The translations under genes and the position numbers were made by a program. Shown in pieces: positions 8,333 to 17,528 of a DNA stretch of 33,869 nt (position 1 is its first letter; every line of letters begins with the position of its first letter). Source of the DNA: Thermoplasmata archaeon (GTDB lineage: Archaea; Thermoplasmatota; Thermoplasmata; Sysuiplasmatales; Sysuiplasmataceae); assembly GCA_021811925.1 (NCBI GenBank), contig JAKAPY010000003.1, forward strand, positions 1 to 33,869, read 5' to 3'. The notes under the pieces are model-generated. The model saw only the letters and a list, made by a program, of their open reading frames with translations. It had not been told where the DNA came from and searched no databases.

Positions 8333-9514
8333 CTACTGGACTCCATGTGACATCGATTCTCTCCGCATCGAAAGGAGGAAGTGATCGCCAAGGCTGTGGA
8401 ATGGCCACCTGGTTGAGAACTTGAAGTCGACCATCTTCAGGATGTCAAAACGCCTTGAAAGCTTGGTCATATAGCCATCCATGTCCGAAGGAGGAAGAAT
8501 TACAGGAACACCAATGACCCGCTCCGTCCTGAAATACGGCGAAAATATCCTTGAGAAGCCGGGGACACTGTATGAGAATACATCCACGCAGAATCTGGAA
8601 TTGCCTTCCATTATCGGGTTTCGAAGACGTCTCAGTGCCCTGGCCGGCCTGAATGAGAGGGAATACGCAAGACTCTCAGACATGCAGTACTTGTTGAAGA
8701 CCCCGGCGACAAGCATGCCTTCATCATTCAGCAGAGAATGTATCGCCTCTGGGATTCCATCAAGACTCTGTTCACAGTTCAGGGCGCCGTATGTCGAGTA
8801 GCAGCCATCGAACAATCCGGTGCGGTTGTCCTCGCTGAGTGAGCGCAATTCGCTTGCCCTCAGTTTGACTGTAGAGAGCTTCTCGCCGAGCCCTTCCGAT
8901 TTCGCCTTCTGCTTCACTATCTCGAGCATCGATGAAGAGATGTCCACAGCTGTGATCTCGTGGCCATCGCGCAGCATTGGAATTGTCTCCATGCCCGAAC
9001 CGCATCCTATTTCGAGCAGCCTTGATTTCTTCCTGAAGGTCTGCCTCATCAGCCAGAGGGATCTTTCCCTGAGAAGCATGTTGATGCTGTTCCCGGTTAT
9101 GTGCCTGTCGTAATCCCATGATACAGAATCGAATTCCGATTCAAGCCATTTGTAGTAGTTGCCGCCAGCGCTTGCTGGAGATTCCTGCCTGCTGTCCACC
9201 CTGATAAGCCTGCCTGGTGAAGGAAACCATTTTTCAAAATCAGCCTTGCCGTACTTCGTCCTGAACCCTTCTATTGCGGCTTCCCTTGAAACCTTGTCAG
9301 TCTCAAGGACGGCCTTGAATATTCCATGTGCATCCCCTTTCCTGATATCGGCCACTCCATTCCTGAGTACGAAAGTGCACCATCGGGCATCATTGCCGGA
9401 AGCGAGGAGGTATATTGCCTCAGGGCGCTCAATGAATGAAAGCGGGACCCATCCGGTTGACGACCTTACCTCGAGAAAATCTCCGCTTGCTTGAGTGGGC
9501 GCATGCATTCTCAT
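8333..9514 (-). CDS. Class I SAM-dependent methyltransferase with an extra N-terminal domain
   Basis: LLEIGCGSG, AVDISSSML and FDGCYSTYGALN motifs; TATA TTAATA at 9546-9541 favours a start at 9514 rather than 9619. Confidence 0.82.
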   Translation of the reverse strand: MRMHAPTQASGDFLEVRSSTGWVPLSFIERPEAIYLLASGNDARWCTFVLRNGVADIRKGDAHGIFKAVLETDKVSREAAIEGFRTKYGKADFEKWFPSPGRLIRVDSRQESPASAGGNYYKWLESEFDSVSWDYDRHITGNSINMLLRERSLWLMRQTFRKKSRLLEIGCGSGMETIPMLRDGHEITAVDISSSMLEIVKQKAKSEGLGEKLSTVKLRASELRSLSEDNRTGLFDGCYSTYGALNCEQSLDGIPEAIHSLLNDEGMLVAGVFNKYCMSESLAYSLSFRPARALRRLRNPIMEGNSRFCVDVFSYSVPGFSRIFSPYFRTERVIGVPVILPPSDMDGYMTKLSRRFDILKMVDFKFSTRWPFHSLGDHFLLSMRRESMSHGVQ

Positions 9515-9669
9515 GCCTTGACAGCGAAGGAAGGCGGCACTATTAATCTCTGCTTCAGTGCATGATGCCCGTACCTCCAGAAGCGGTGAAGGCTTCGGGC
9601 AACAGAGATAAATCCCCATATGCGGTTTGGATTTAAAGGGTGAGTCAGTCTGTGAGCAGGGATAAAATT

Positions 9670-10434
9670 ATGAAAGCGCGCAATGCCGAGCTTACGGACG
9701 TTGTGGTGAGAACATACAATTCTGATGAGTATCTTGAAGACTGTCTGGTCTCAATACTCAGGTTTGTGCCTGTCAACAGGTTGATTGTGGTGGACAGGCA
9801 CAGCGGCGACAGGACCGTTGAAATAGCGGCGGCACACAATGCCGAGGTTATCTTCGACGAAGGCGACCTCGCTTCAGCCACGTCAATCGGTATTTCTTCC
9901 GCCAGGACAAGGCTCATCCTGTTCGTTGACAGCGACGTTGTCATAGAAAGGGAAAATTTCTTCGAGAACGCTCTGAACCTTCTGGGTGAGAAAGGCACCG
10001 GGGCTGTCGTCGGCGTGGCAGTCGGGCACAGGTTTCTCTATGGACTCCCTTTAGGATTGACTCTCTTCAGAAGGGAGACTGTATCTGGTATCGTCTTTCC
10101 TGCCGGGCTTCAGGGAAGGGAGACATACTTCATCCAGCAGGAGCTCAGGAAAAGTGGACTGGCGGTCAGGTATGTTCTGGATGCAATGAAACATTACGGT
10201 GCATACCGGAGCCAGCCGAACTGGCCTGAATGGCAGGGCTCACAGGTCCGTATTGCGACGGGGGGAAGCGTTACAGAGCTCATGCGTTCATTCATTGTTG
10301 TCCTCCTCATGCATATGAACTCTGGGAAGGCGAAGAACGTCCTTTACACTCCAATATTCTGCACGAAACTGGTGAGGGGATACATTTCTCCAGACAGGTG
10401 GGGCAGGATGGACAGGAAGAAGGCCGCACACTGA
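9670..10434 (+). CDS. Glycosyltransferase family 2
   Basis: VVVRTYNS, IVVDRHSGDRTVEIA and LFVDSD (DxD) motifs; TATA at 9632-9637 favours ATG 9670. Confidence 0.88.
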   Translation: MKARNAELTDVVVRTYNSDEYLEDCLVSILRFVPVNRLIVVDRHSGDRTVEIAAAHNAEVIFDEGDLASATSIGISSARTRLILFVDSDVVIERENFFENALNLLGEKGTGAVVGVAVGHRFLYGLPLGLTLFRRETVSGIVFPAGLQGRETYFIQQELRKSGLAVRYVLDAMKHYGAYRSQPNWPEWQGSQVRIATGGSVTELMRSFIVVLLMHMNSGKAKNVLYTPIFCTKLVRGYISPDRWGRMDRKKAAH

Positions 10435-10565
10435 ATGCCTGCAGCGTCATGCAGGTCCAGGCGGCGAGGCTGGCATTCTTCGGGAATACAGGATAATTTT
10501 CAACAAGTGTTAATAGCCGAAATGGGATTCGGCTTCCTCGCCGGGTCGTCCGGGAGATTGCCGAA

Positions 10566-10778
10566 TTGAAATTATACTCCGAGTACTTTCCGATCAAATA
10601 TCTATTCTCAAATGAAGGAGTCTGCCTGGGACTTGATACAAAGAAATGTTCCTACCTCTTCCTTGCCTCAAAGAGAGGAATGATGTTCAGGAGGCGGCCC
10701 GTCGGGGACAAGGTGGTGGAAAACCTGAACTACAACATAATATCCATCGAGGATGCCATCAGAAAGGGAGGAGCCTGA
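10566..10778 (+). CDS. Small hypothetical protein (70 aa)
   Basis: TTG start with GGGAGA SD, an upstream TATA-like TTAATA, and it fills the intergenic gap. Confidence 0.65.
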   Translation: MKLYSEYFPIKYLFSNEGVCLGLDTKKCSYLFLASKRGMMFRRRPVGDKVVENLNYNIISIEDAIRKGGA

Positions 10779-10923
10779 GCGCGGACGACAGGGCCTGATG
10801 CAACAGACACAGCAGCATCCATATCTCAGGCAGTAGTTTTCCGTGCACTTTGCCAATGGAATGGCATTTTCGGAAATGCCACGAAACATGTTAAACAGGA
10901 TGCGTGAATCCCTTAAAGTGCAA

Positions 10924-12141
10924 ATGAACGATGGAGTCAAGGCAAAAACGCCGCCCGAATTGACATTCGCGGCACATCAGTTTTCGAAGTACTACTCGGT
11001 GCATCGCCTGCAGGAGGTCCCGGGACTCAAGCAGAGGGAATTCGGATTCATGTTCTTTGACAAGGGATTTGTGCACAGACATATTGGCTTCCAGAACACG
11101 GATGAACTGAGAAGATACCTGGTGGAGAGGAGCCCTGCCCATGCATACTACTCGACCGCCTACTATGAACGGCCGGATGCCAAAACTATGGCCGAAAAAG
11201 GATGGATGGGGGCGGATCTCATATTTGACCTTGACGCTGACCATGTCCGTGGATCTGAGAAGCTGCCGTACGAGCAGATGCTGGCAAGGGTCAAGGCAGT
11301 GCTGATAAAGCTGTATGACGAGTTTGTGTGCTCGGATCTGGGCTTCGGGGAAAGTGATACCGAGATAGTTTTCTCGGGGGGGCGGGGGTACCATATTCAC
11401 GCTTATGGCGAGGATGTGAAGAAGCTGGGGAGCCATGAGAGAAGGGAGATAGTCGATTATGTCACTGCCGTGGAGCTGGACCTGGATATACTCCTGTCGT
11501 CAAAGGCAATCGAGACAGAAAGGAACAGGAAACAGCTGAAAAGCACCAGGCTTCCTGCCCTCTCGGAAGGGGGCTGGTATGGAAAAACAAGAAAAGCGCT
11601 TAACATGCTTCTTGAACAGCTCCTCTCGCTACCGGAGGAAGGGGCCATCGAACTGCTTGTTTCGGCTGGCATAAAGAAAAATCAGGCTGCCCGGATTTAT
11701 CGCCAGGTCCAGGACAGGGGAGCAAGGGAAAGAATGCTCAGTGAGAACATACTCGATGCTCTTACTGACAGGGACGATGACCTGAAGCAATTCAAATCAG
11801 TGCTGCAGTCAAAAGCGGTTGAATGGCTTGGTGGCCAGACGGATGAGCCCGTCACAAGCGACACACACAGACTGATCAGATTGCCAGGTAGCCTCCACGG
11901 AAAGACTGCGCTCAAAGTAGTCTCACTGACAAGAGACCAGTTGGCAACTTTTGACCCACTGAGAGATGCCGTTCCAGATTTCGGAGAAGAGACCGTCTTG
12001 GTCCACTCTGCCAGGGAATTCGTTGCGGAACCCCTTGGAGGGCATGCATTGGCAATAAGGGAAGGGCTGAATGAAATACCTCTACCACTTGGCCTTTTCC
12101 TTATTCTGAGAAGGCAGGTTACACTCGCGCCGAAGCGGTGA
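10924..12141 (+). CDS. priS: DNA primase catalytic subunit PriS
   Basis: REFGF, YYSTAYY, ADLIFDLDAD, FSGGRGYH and RLIRLPGSLHGKT motifs; exact start uncertain. Confidence 0.95.
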   Translation: MNDGVKAKTPPELTFAAHQFSKYYSVHRLQEVPGLKQREFGFMFFDKGFVHRHIGFQNTDELRRYLVERSPAHAYYSTAYYERPDAKTMAEKGWMGADLIFDLDADHVRGSEKLPYEQMLARVKAVLIKLYDEFVCSDLGFGESDTEIVFSGGRGYHIHAYGEDVKKLGSHERREIVDYVTAVELDLDILLSSKAIETERNRKQLKSTRLPALSEGGWYGKTRKALNMLLEQLLSLPEEGAIELLVSAGIKKNQAARIYRQVQDRGARERMLSENILDALTDRDDDLKQFKSVLQSKAVEWLGGQTDEPVTSDTHRLIRLPGSLHGKTALKVVSLTRDQLATFDPLRDAVPDFGEETVLVHSAREFVAEPLGGHALAIREGLNEIPLPLGLFLILRRQVTLAPKR

Positions 12142-12223
12142 AGGCGATGGTCGCCCGGATTTTCCTGTGATAATTGACTGAAAATGTATTTAAAAAGCTG
12201 CCCATGATTACAGACGGCATCAA

Positions 12224-13051
12224 ATGAAAGCGATGGAGCTAGAGCACGATCCGCGTCTGGCGAGGATACTGATGACCAGGCGCATGCTTTTCAGCATACA
12301 AGGGGCATTCATAGGGCTGTTCACTTTCTATATACTGATATTGAACGGCCTGCTCCTTGCACCTCTGTTCGTGCCGCTGTATAATGCTGTGCTCCTTGGG
12401 GCCCTTGTTCTCCTCATCGTTTCTGTGGAAAGGATATTCTTCTTCAGGCTGTGCATTGTCTACGGCAAGAGGGACTCGGCCAAATTCCTGATTTCCAGGA
12501 AGAGATTCAGGAGTTCCCTTGTAGTGATCGCAATTGCAGTGCTAATATCTGCAGGCCTTGTGGTTCTTACATTTACTCCACTGCTGAACCAGTCGGGAAG
12601 CGAAAGCGGCCAGATAGGCACAATCGCGTTCCAGAGCAACAACATATTCGCCCTGAACACCGTCGGGACGGTGACGCTGACAAACCTTGGAATAAACAAC
12701 CTGACATTCTTCATAGTGAGCGCGAACGACTACTATGCGACGGGGGCGTCGGCGCAGCATGCGAATGAAAGCGCGCTGTTGCAGCTCAGCCTGAACCAGG
12801 GCAACGATTTCGTCTCGCCGGGCGGAAGCACGACGGTATCCATTCTGACCAACCTGAACACCCAGTACTTCATTGTGATTTTCCCTTCAGCAGGATCGGT
12901 GAATGTGAATTTCGTCCTGGGCATGAAATCTATGCCTTCGCTGTTCTATGCCATGCTAATGACTTTTGCCGCAATACCGGTATCTGGCTACCTTGCAGGC
13001 TATGCCAGGATACAGATGAAGGTTTTGAGACCGGCTACGATATTTGCCTGA
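12224..13051 (+). CDS. Membrane protein of unknown function (about 3 N-terminal TMs, extracellular beta-rich domain, C-terminal TM)
   Basis: Hydropathy pattern; TATA TTTAAAA about 30 nt upstream. Confidence 0.75.
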   Translation: MKAMELEHDPRLARILMTRRMLFSIQGAFIGLFTFYILILNGLLLAPLFVPLYNAVLLGALVLLIVSVERIFFFRLCIVYGKRDSAKFLISRKRFRSSLVVIAIAVLISAGLVVLTFTPLLNQSGSESGQIGTIAFQSNNIFALNTVGTVTLTNLGINNLTFFIVSANDYYATGASAQHANESALLQLSLNQGNDFVSPGGSTTVSILTNLNTQYFIVIFPSAGSVNVNFVLGMKSMPSLFYAMLMTFAAIPVSGYLAGYARIQMKVLRPATIFA

Positions 13052-13138
13052 GATGCCTTATCACGCCGGGCCGGTCCCTTGAACGAGAAAATGTTTAATT
13101 ACACAAGCGGTTAGTGAGAGGAAGACAAGGTGATTGCG

Positions 13139-13372
13139 ATGAAGGCATTCGAAGTGAAGGGGACATTCAAGGCTACCGAACGTGCTTGGCAGTCGTTTAC
13201 GCTTCAGGTGGCGTCCGAGGACGGGTCAGGAGCAGAAGAAAAAGTGAAGACATTGCTTGGCAGCAGGCACAGGACACCAAGGCGTTCGATCAAGATAGAA
13301 AACATCAGGGAGATAACGGGAAAGGAGATAACCGACCCTGTTGTGAGGCACCAGGCAGGTGCTAAAACTTGA
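13139..13372 (+). CDS. rpl18a: 50S ribosomal protein L18Ae (LX)
   Basis: MKAFEVKG...LGSRHR..RRSIKI; conserved rpl18a-pfdA-ftsY context; AGGTGA SD. Confidence 0.9.
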   Translation: MKAFEVKGTFKATERAWQSFTLQVASEDGSGAEEKVKTLLGSRHRTPRRSIKIENIREITGKEITDPVVRHQAGAKT

Positions 13373-13794
13373 ATGAAGAGGAGCTCAGGCAGACGCTTGG
13401 GGTCATGGACAGCCTGAAGGAGCAGGTGGAGGCACTATCAGAGCAGTTGCAGCTCATTCAGGACTCGGTGACGGATTTTTCAAGGGCGAAGGAGACTGCC
13501 AAAACATACACGACGACGGACAGTGACACAGAAATGCTCGTGTCCGTTGGAGGCGGGGTGTACCTGCCTGCAAAGATATTGAACAGCGGCAAGGGGCTCC
13601 TTTACACCGCATCGGGCTATACTTTCGAAGAGCCCATTCCAAAGATCATTGAGATTGTAGATGGAAGGATCAAGGAACTCGTGGATGCCTCACAGAAGGT
13701 GTACCAGAGGATGACGGAAATGCAGAACCAGCTCAGTTCGCTTCAGGCAATGGTGGAAGAGGAAGCAAGGAAGGAGCAGGGCCGAGTAGGTTGA
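13369..13794 (+). CDS. pfdA: Prefoldin alpha subunit
   Basis: Coiled coil-beta hairpins (EMLVSVGGGVY...SGY)-coiled coil; gene context. Confidence 0.9.
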   Translation: MNEEELRQTLGVMDSLKEQVEALSEQLQLIQDSVTDFSRAKETAKTYTTTDSDTEMLVSVGGGVYLPAKILNSGKGLLYTASGYTFEEPIPKIIEIVDGRIKELVDASQKVYQRMTEMQNQLSSLQAMVEEEARKEQGRVG

Positions 13795-13800
13795 GCAGAG

Positions 13801-14733
13801 ATGTTCACAGCCCTGAAGAAGAGACTCGGGCTCCTGAAGAATAGCGACGTCGAAGAGCTCATGGACAGCGGGCTGGGCGATCAGGGGAAGAAGATCAAGG
13901 AGGACAGCCTGCAGGACATATGCTGGGAGCTTGAAATGGCTCTCCTGGAATCGGACGTGGCTGAACCGGTTGCGGAGCAGATCATAGCCGAGTTGAAGGA
14001 CAACCTTTCCGGCAAGCGCCTGGCAAAAGGGTTTGATCTTGAGACGGCGATCGAGGGCTCGCTAAGGGACTCGGTAAGGGCCATCCTTTCCACCAATGCA
14101 GTTGATTTTTACAAAGCCGTATCCGGTGTTCCGAAGCCGGTGATCATCATGTTTGTGGGCATCAACGGGACGGGCAAGACAACCGCAATTGCAAAACTCT
14201 CCTCAATGCTCAAGGAGAAAGGAAATACGGTGATAATAGCCGCGGGGGACACGTTCAGGGCGGGTGCAATCGAGCAGCTCAAAGTCCACGGGGAAGCTCT
14301 TGACATCAGGGTTGTCTCGCACGAGCACGGGGGCGACGCGGCGGCAGTCGCGTTTGATGCCATTGACCATGCGCGGGCGAGGCACAGGGATTTCGTCCTG
14401 ATCGACACCGCGGGCCGCATGCAGACAAACAGCAATCTCATGGACGAGATGAAGAAAATAAAAAGGGTCGCAAATCCGCACTTTGTTGTTTTCGTGGGCG
14501 ACTCGCTCGCCGGCAATGACATGGTCGAACAGGCGAAGGCATTCGATGCGGCAGTCGGCATAGACATGGTCATACTGACAAAGATAGATGCTGACGCAAA
14601 AGGGGGCAGCGCACTGTCCATAGCGAAGACCGTCGGCAAGCCGATTGTGTTTCTCGGCACAGGGCAGAAGTACGGCGACCTGATGAAATTCGATGCGGAG
14701 TGGATGGCTGAAAGGCTTGTCTCGGCCTCCTGA
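13801..14733 (+). CDS. ftsY: Signal recognition particle receptor FtsY
   Basis: GINGTGKTT, DTFRAGA, DTAGR, TKIDADAKGG and GTGQ motifs. Confidence 0.97.
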   Translation: MFTALKKRLGLLKNSDVEELMDSGLGDQGKKIKEDSLQDICWELEMALLESDVAEPVAEQIIAELKDNLSGKRLAKGFDLETAIEGSLRDSVRAILSTNAVDFYKAVSGVPKPVIIMFVGINGTGKTTAIAKLSSMLKEKGNTVIIAAGDTFRAGAIEQLKVHGEALDIRVVSHEHGGDAAAVAFDAIDHARARHRDFVLIDTAGRMQTNSNLMDEMKKIKRVANPHFVVFVGDSLAGNDMVEQAKAFDAAVGIDMVILTKIDADAKGGSALSIAKTVGKPIVFLGTGQKYGDLMKFDAEWMAERLVSAS

Positions 14734-14739
14734 GATATC

Positions 14740-15957
14740 TCAGGAGACGAACATGCTTGCCATCACTTCGGCGTCGGCAACCATGTTTTTCACAACAGAG
14801 TACTCGTTCGGCTGGTGGGCCATTCCATCCTCCGTGCTCCAGACTGCCGCCTGAAAACCCTTCGACCTGACTATGTTTGCGCACGTCCCGCCGCCTATGC
14901 CGACGAACATCGGCTCAATGCCCCTTACCCTCCTAATGGCTTCGGCCGTCTTGACCGATATCAGGCTGTCCTTCGACGTGGGCCCTGCCGCAACGCTCTT
15001 TCTGAAAACATCGACCGATATCTTTGCACCCGTCTGCCTTGTGAACACTTCTGCAATGCTGCGCACGTCGGAGAGTATTTTGTTGATGTTGTACGAAGGC
15101 AGTATCCTTGAGTCGATGTAGAACTCGTCGGTGCCGGGAATTGTGTTGACATTGTCAACATTTGCCATCTGCCTTGTCGGCTCGAATGTGGAGTAAGGCA
15201 CGGGATTGAAGAGGCTGTCCACTGCGGAGTATCGTGAATACAGATAGTCCCTGATGAAAACGAGAAACCTGGAAGCGGCAACCTTGGCATTTACGCCCGT
15301 GTTGGGCATGCTTGCATGAGTCTGAACCCCTTCTGTCCGTATCCGTGCCCAGAGGGAGTGCTTCTCTGCGATCTCTATCTGGTCCCCTGTCCTGCTTCCC
15401 GCGTCGGGCACCAGGAATTCGTCCCCCCTGGCAAATTTGTTTTTTGATGCGACGTATGTTATTCCCTTCTCGCTCCCGAGCTCTTCGTCGCTAACAAACG
15501 CAAGCTTGATCGACGGCGTTGTGCCTGACTGGAGGGCTGCCCGCGCGGCATAGAGCGACGCAATCAGAGACTGCCCGTTGTCTTCCGAGCCGCGCCCATA
15601 TAATTTACCGTTTTTGACAAGAGCATTGAAGGGATCTGTTTTCCACAGGGATCTGTCACCGGCCGGCACGGTGTCCATGTGTGATATTACCCACAGGAAG
15701 GGCTTTCCGCTGCCGAGCGTTGCGATGATGTTCGGCCTTCTTCCCTTCTTTGCCTTCTTGTCCGGAGCGTCGCAGCTTTCGATGCTTGTGATGCCGTTCT
15801 CCCTGAGAAGGGAGACAAGGAATTCCGCCCTGTCGTATTCACCTTCACCGGAGGACTCGGGGCCGATAGCGGGGATGGATATCATCTCGGAAAGGGAACT
15901 CACCATCTCCTTTTCGCTTGACCTTACTATTTCAATAAGTTTCCTGTCGGCTTCCAT
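14740..15957 (-). CDS. M20 family metallohydrolase (ArgE/DapE-like)
   Basis: SHMDTVP, GRGSEDNG, DEE, HAS and AHQPNE motifs. Confidence 0.92.
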   Translation of the reverse strand: MEADRKLIEIVRSSEKEMVSSLSEMISIPAIGPESSGEGEYDRAEFLVSLLRENGITSIESCDAPDKKAKKGRRPNIIATLGSGKPFLWVISHMDTVPAGDRSLWKTDPFNALVKNGKLYGRGSEDNGQSLIASLYAARAALQSGTTPSIKLAFVSDEELGSEKGITYVASKNKFARGDEFLVPDAGSRTGDQIEIAEKHSLWARIRTEGVQTHASMPNTGVNAKVAASRFLVFIRDYLYSRYSAVDSLFNPVPYSTFEPTRQMANVDNVNTIPGTDEFYIDSRILPSYNINKILSDVRSIAEVFTRQTGAKISVDVFRKSVAAGPTSKDSLISVKTAEAIRRVRGIEPMFVGIGGGTCANIVRSKGFQAAVWSTEDGMAHQPNEYSVVKNMVADAEVMASMFVS

Positions 15958-16031
15958 TGAGATGACCAAGGTTGGCAACGCCTGTCCCGCAATAAGCTTT
16001 CCCGTGCGTGTGCCCGTTTGTCAGGACGAAT

Positions 16032-16526
16032 TCAGGTTATCCTGGGGGGCTTTTCGACAACAACCCTGTCTACGGCAACACCGAGTTCTTTCATGAGTTC
16101 GATTCCCATGTGCTCCGGATAATCTTCACAGTATACAACCCGCCTAATGCCTGCATTGACAATCATTTTAGCGCAGGTGTTGCAGGGTAGGATCGTCGAG
16201 TAGATTGTGGCGTCGAGTGCACCCGGCCCGGCCTGTATGATCGCGTTCTGCTCGGCATGCGCCACGGTGCGTATTTCCATTTTCGTACCTGAGGGTATCT
16301 GCAAAATGTCGCGGATGCATCCGATTTCCTCGCAGTGCTTCATACTGCGGGGGTTTCCATTGTATCCGCTGCTCACAATGTGGTTCATATCATTGACTAT
16401 CACTGCGCCAATCTGCCTGCCGTTTCGGATGCAGGTGCTCCTCTCCGAAATTACATAAGCCAGCTTCATGTAGTATGTGTCTCTCGGTGTCCTGAACTTC
16501 CTTTGATCGCCCTGCTTGACTGCCAT
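16032..16526 (-). CDS. dCMP deaminase family protein
   Basis: RSTC, GYNG, HAEQNAI and PCNTC zinc motifs. Confidence 0.92.
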   Translation of the reverse strand: MAVKQGDQRKFRTPRDTYYMKLAYVISERSTCIRNGRQIGAVIVNDMNHIVSSGYNGNPRSMKHCEEIGCIRDILQIPSGTKMEIRTVAHAEQNAIIQAGPGALDATIYSTILPCNTCAKMIVNAGIRRVVYCEDYPEHMGIELMKELGVAVDRVVVEKPPRIT

Positions 16527-16640
16527 CCGAAATTCCCTATCCGTGACGGTGATATATAACTAAGCGGACTGAACGGGAAGAAGACAGGCTGGATAATGGA
16601 TCCGTGCACAGTAATATAGGCGAAACTCATCGGAGTAGCG

Positions 16641-17528
16641 ATGCCGGAAGAGCATGAAACTCTGTGGGACTGGATCAAGCCTTTGCTGGCCGCACTCATT
16701 GGTACTGGACTGATTCTGGGGGGCTTGTTCCTATACACGGGCAACTGGCCCCCGATGTCGGTGGTCTCTTCAGACAGCATGCAGCACAGCTCTACGGTCG
16801 CAGACTTCGGGGTCCTGAACATCGGGGATGTTGTTTTGGTAAAGAAGGTGACTTCGGCATCACAGGTTACCACTTACGTGGCCGGCCAGGAGTCCGGCTT
16901 CTCCAGCTACGGTGAATTCGGAAACGTGATCATATACAACAGTCACGACATCAACCAGCACCCATACCTCGTCCCACCTGTAATCCACAGAGCAATCCTG
17001 TACCTCCAGTACAACGCGAGCGGTGGCGGTTATGACGTCCCTTCCCTTCTGCAACTGCCGTTTTCCCAGTGGTATGTTGTGGGGCCGGCGGCGCAGTCTC
17101 ACGACATATACAATGTAAAGGGCAATATCATAATCAAGGATGTGGGATACCCTGGCACACCTGTTTACATTCCGATAAGCAACTTCGTAGGAAAGGCGAA
17201 CTACAGCGGATTCATAACCATGGGGGACCACAATCATGCGTTTTGGGGTGAAAACGCAACAGACCAGTCAGTGGGTATAAACCCACTTCCCGTAAAGCTC
17301 CAGTGGATTGTCGGAATTGCGGAAGGCTATCTGCCGTATGTCGGTCTCATAAAGCTGGAGCTTACACCGCATAGTATTCCGTCCGGCCAGGCGCCTGCCG
17401 CAAACAGCGTATACGCGCTTGTTTTGATTCTCACTGCCATCGTGGCCGTCCCCTTAGCCTCGGAACTCGTATTGTACATCCGCGGAGAGCGTAGGGATCG
17501 CGAGCAGGGGAAGAAGAAATCAGATTAA
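16641..17528 (+). CDS. Signal peptidase I (S26, Sec11 type)
   Basis: TM followed by VVSSDSMQH (Ser), IGDVV, VIHRA (His) and ITMGDHN; C-terminal TM. Confidence 0.88.
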   Translation: MPEEHETLWDWIKPLLAALIGTGLILGGLFLYTGNWPPMSVVSSDSMQHSSTVADFGVLNIGDVVLVKKVTSASQVTTYVAGQESGFSSYGEFGNVIIYNSHDINQHPYLVPPVIHRAILYLQYNASGGGYDVPSLLQLPFSQWYVVGPAAQSHDIYNVKGNIIIKDVGYPGTPVYIPISNFVGKANYSGFITMGDHNHAFWGENATDQSVGINPLPVKLQWIVGIAEGYLPYVGLIKLELTPHSIPSGQAPAANSVYALVLILTAIVAVPLASELVLYIRGERRDREQGKKKSD

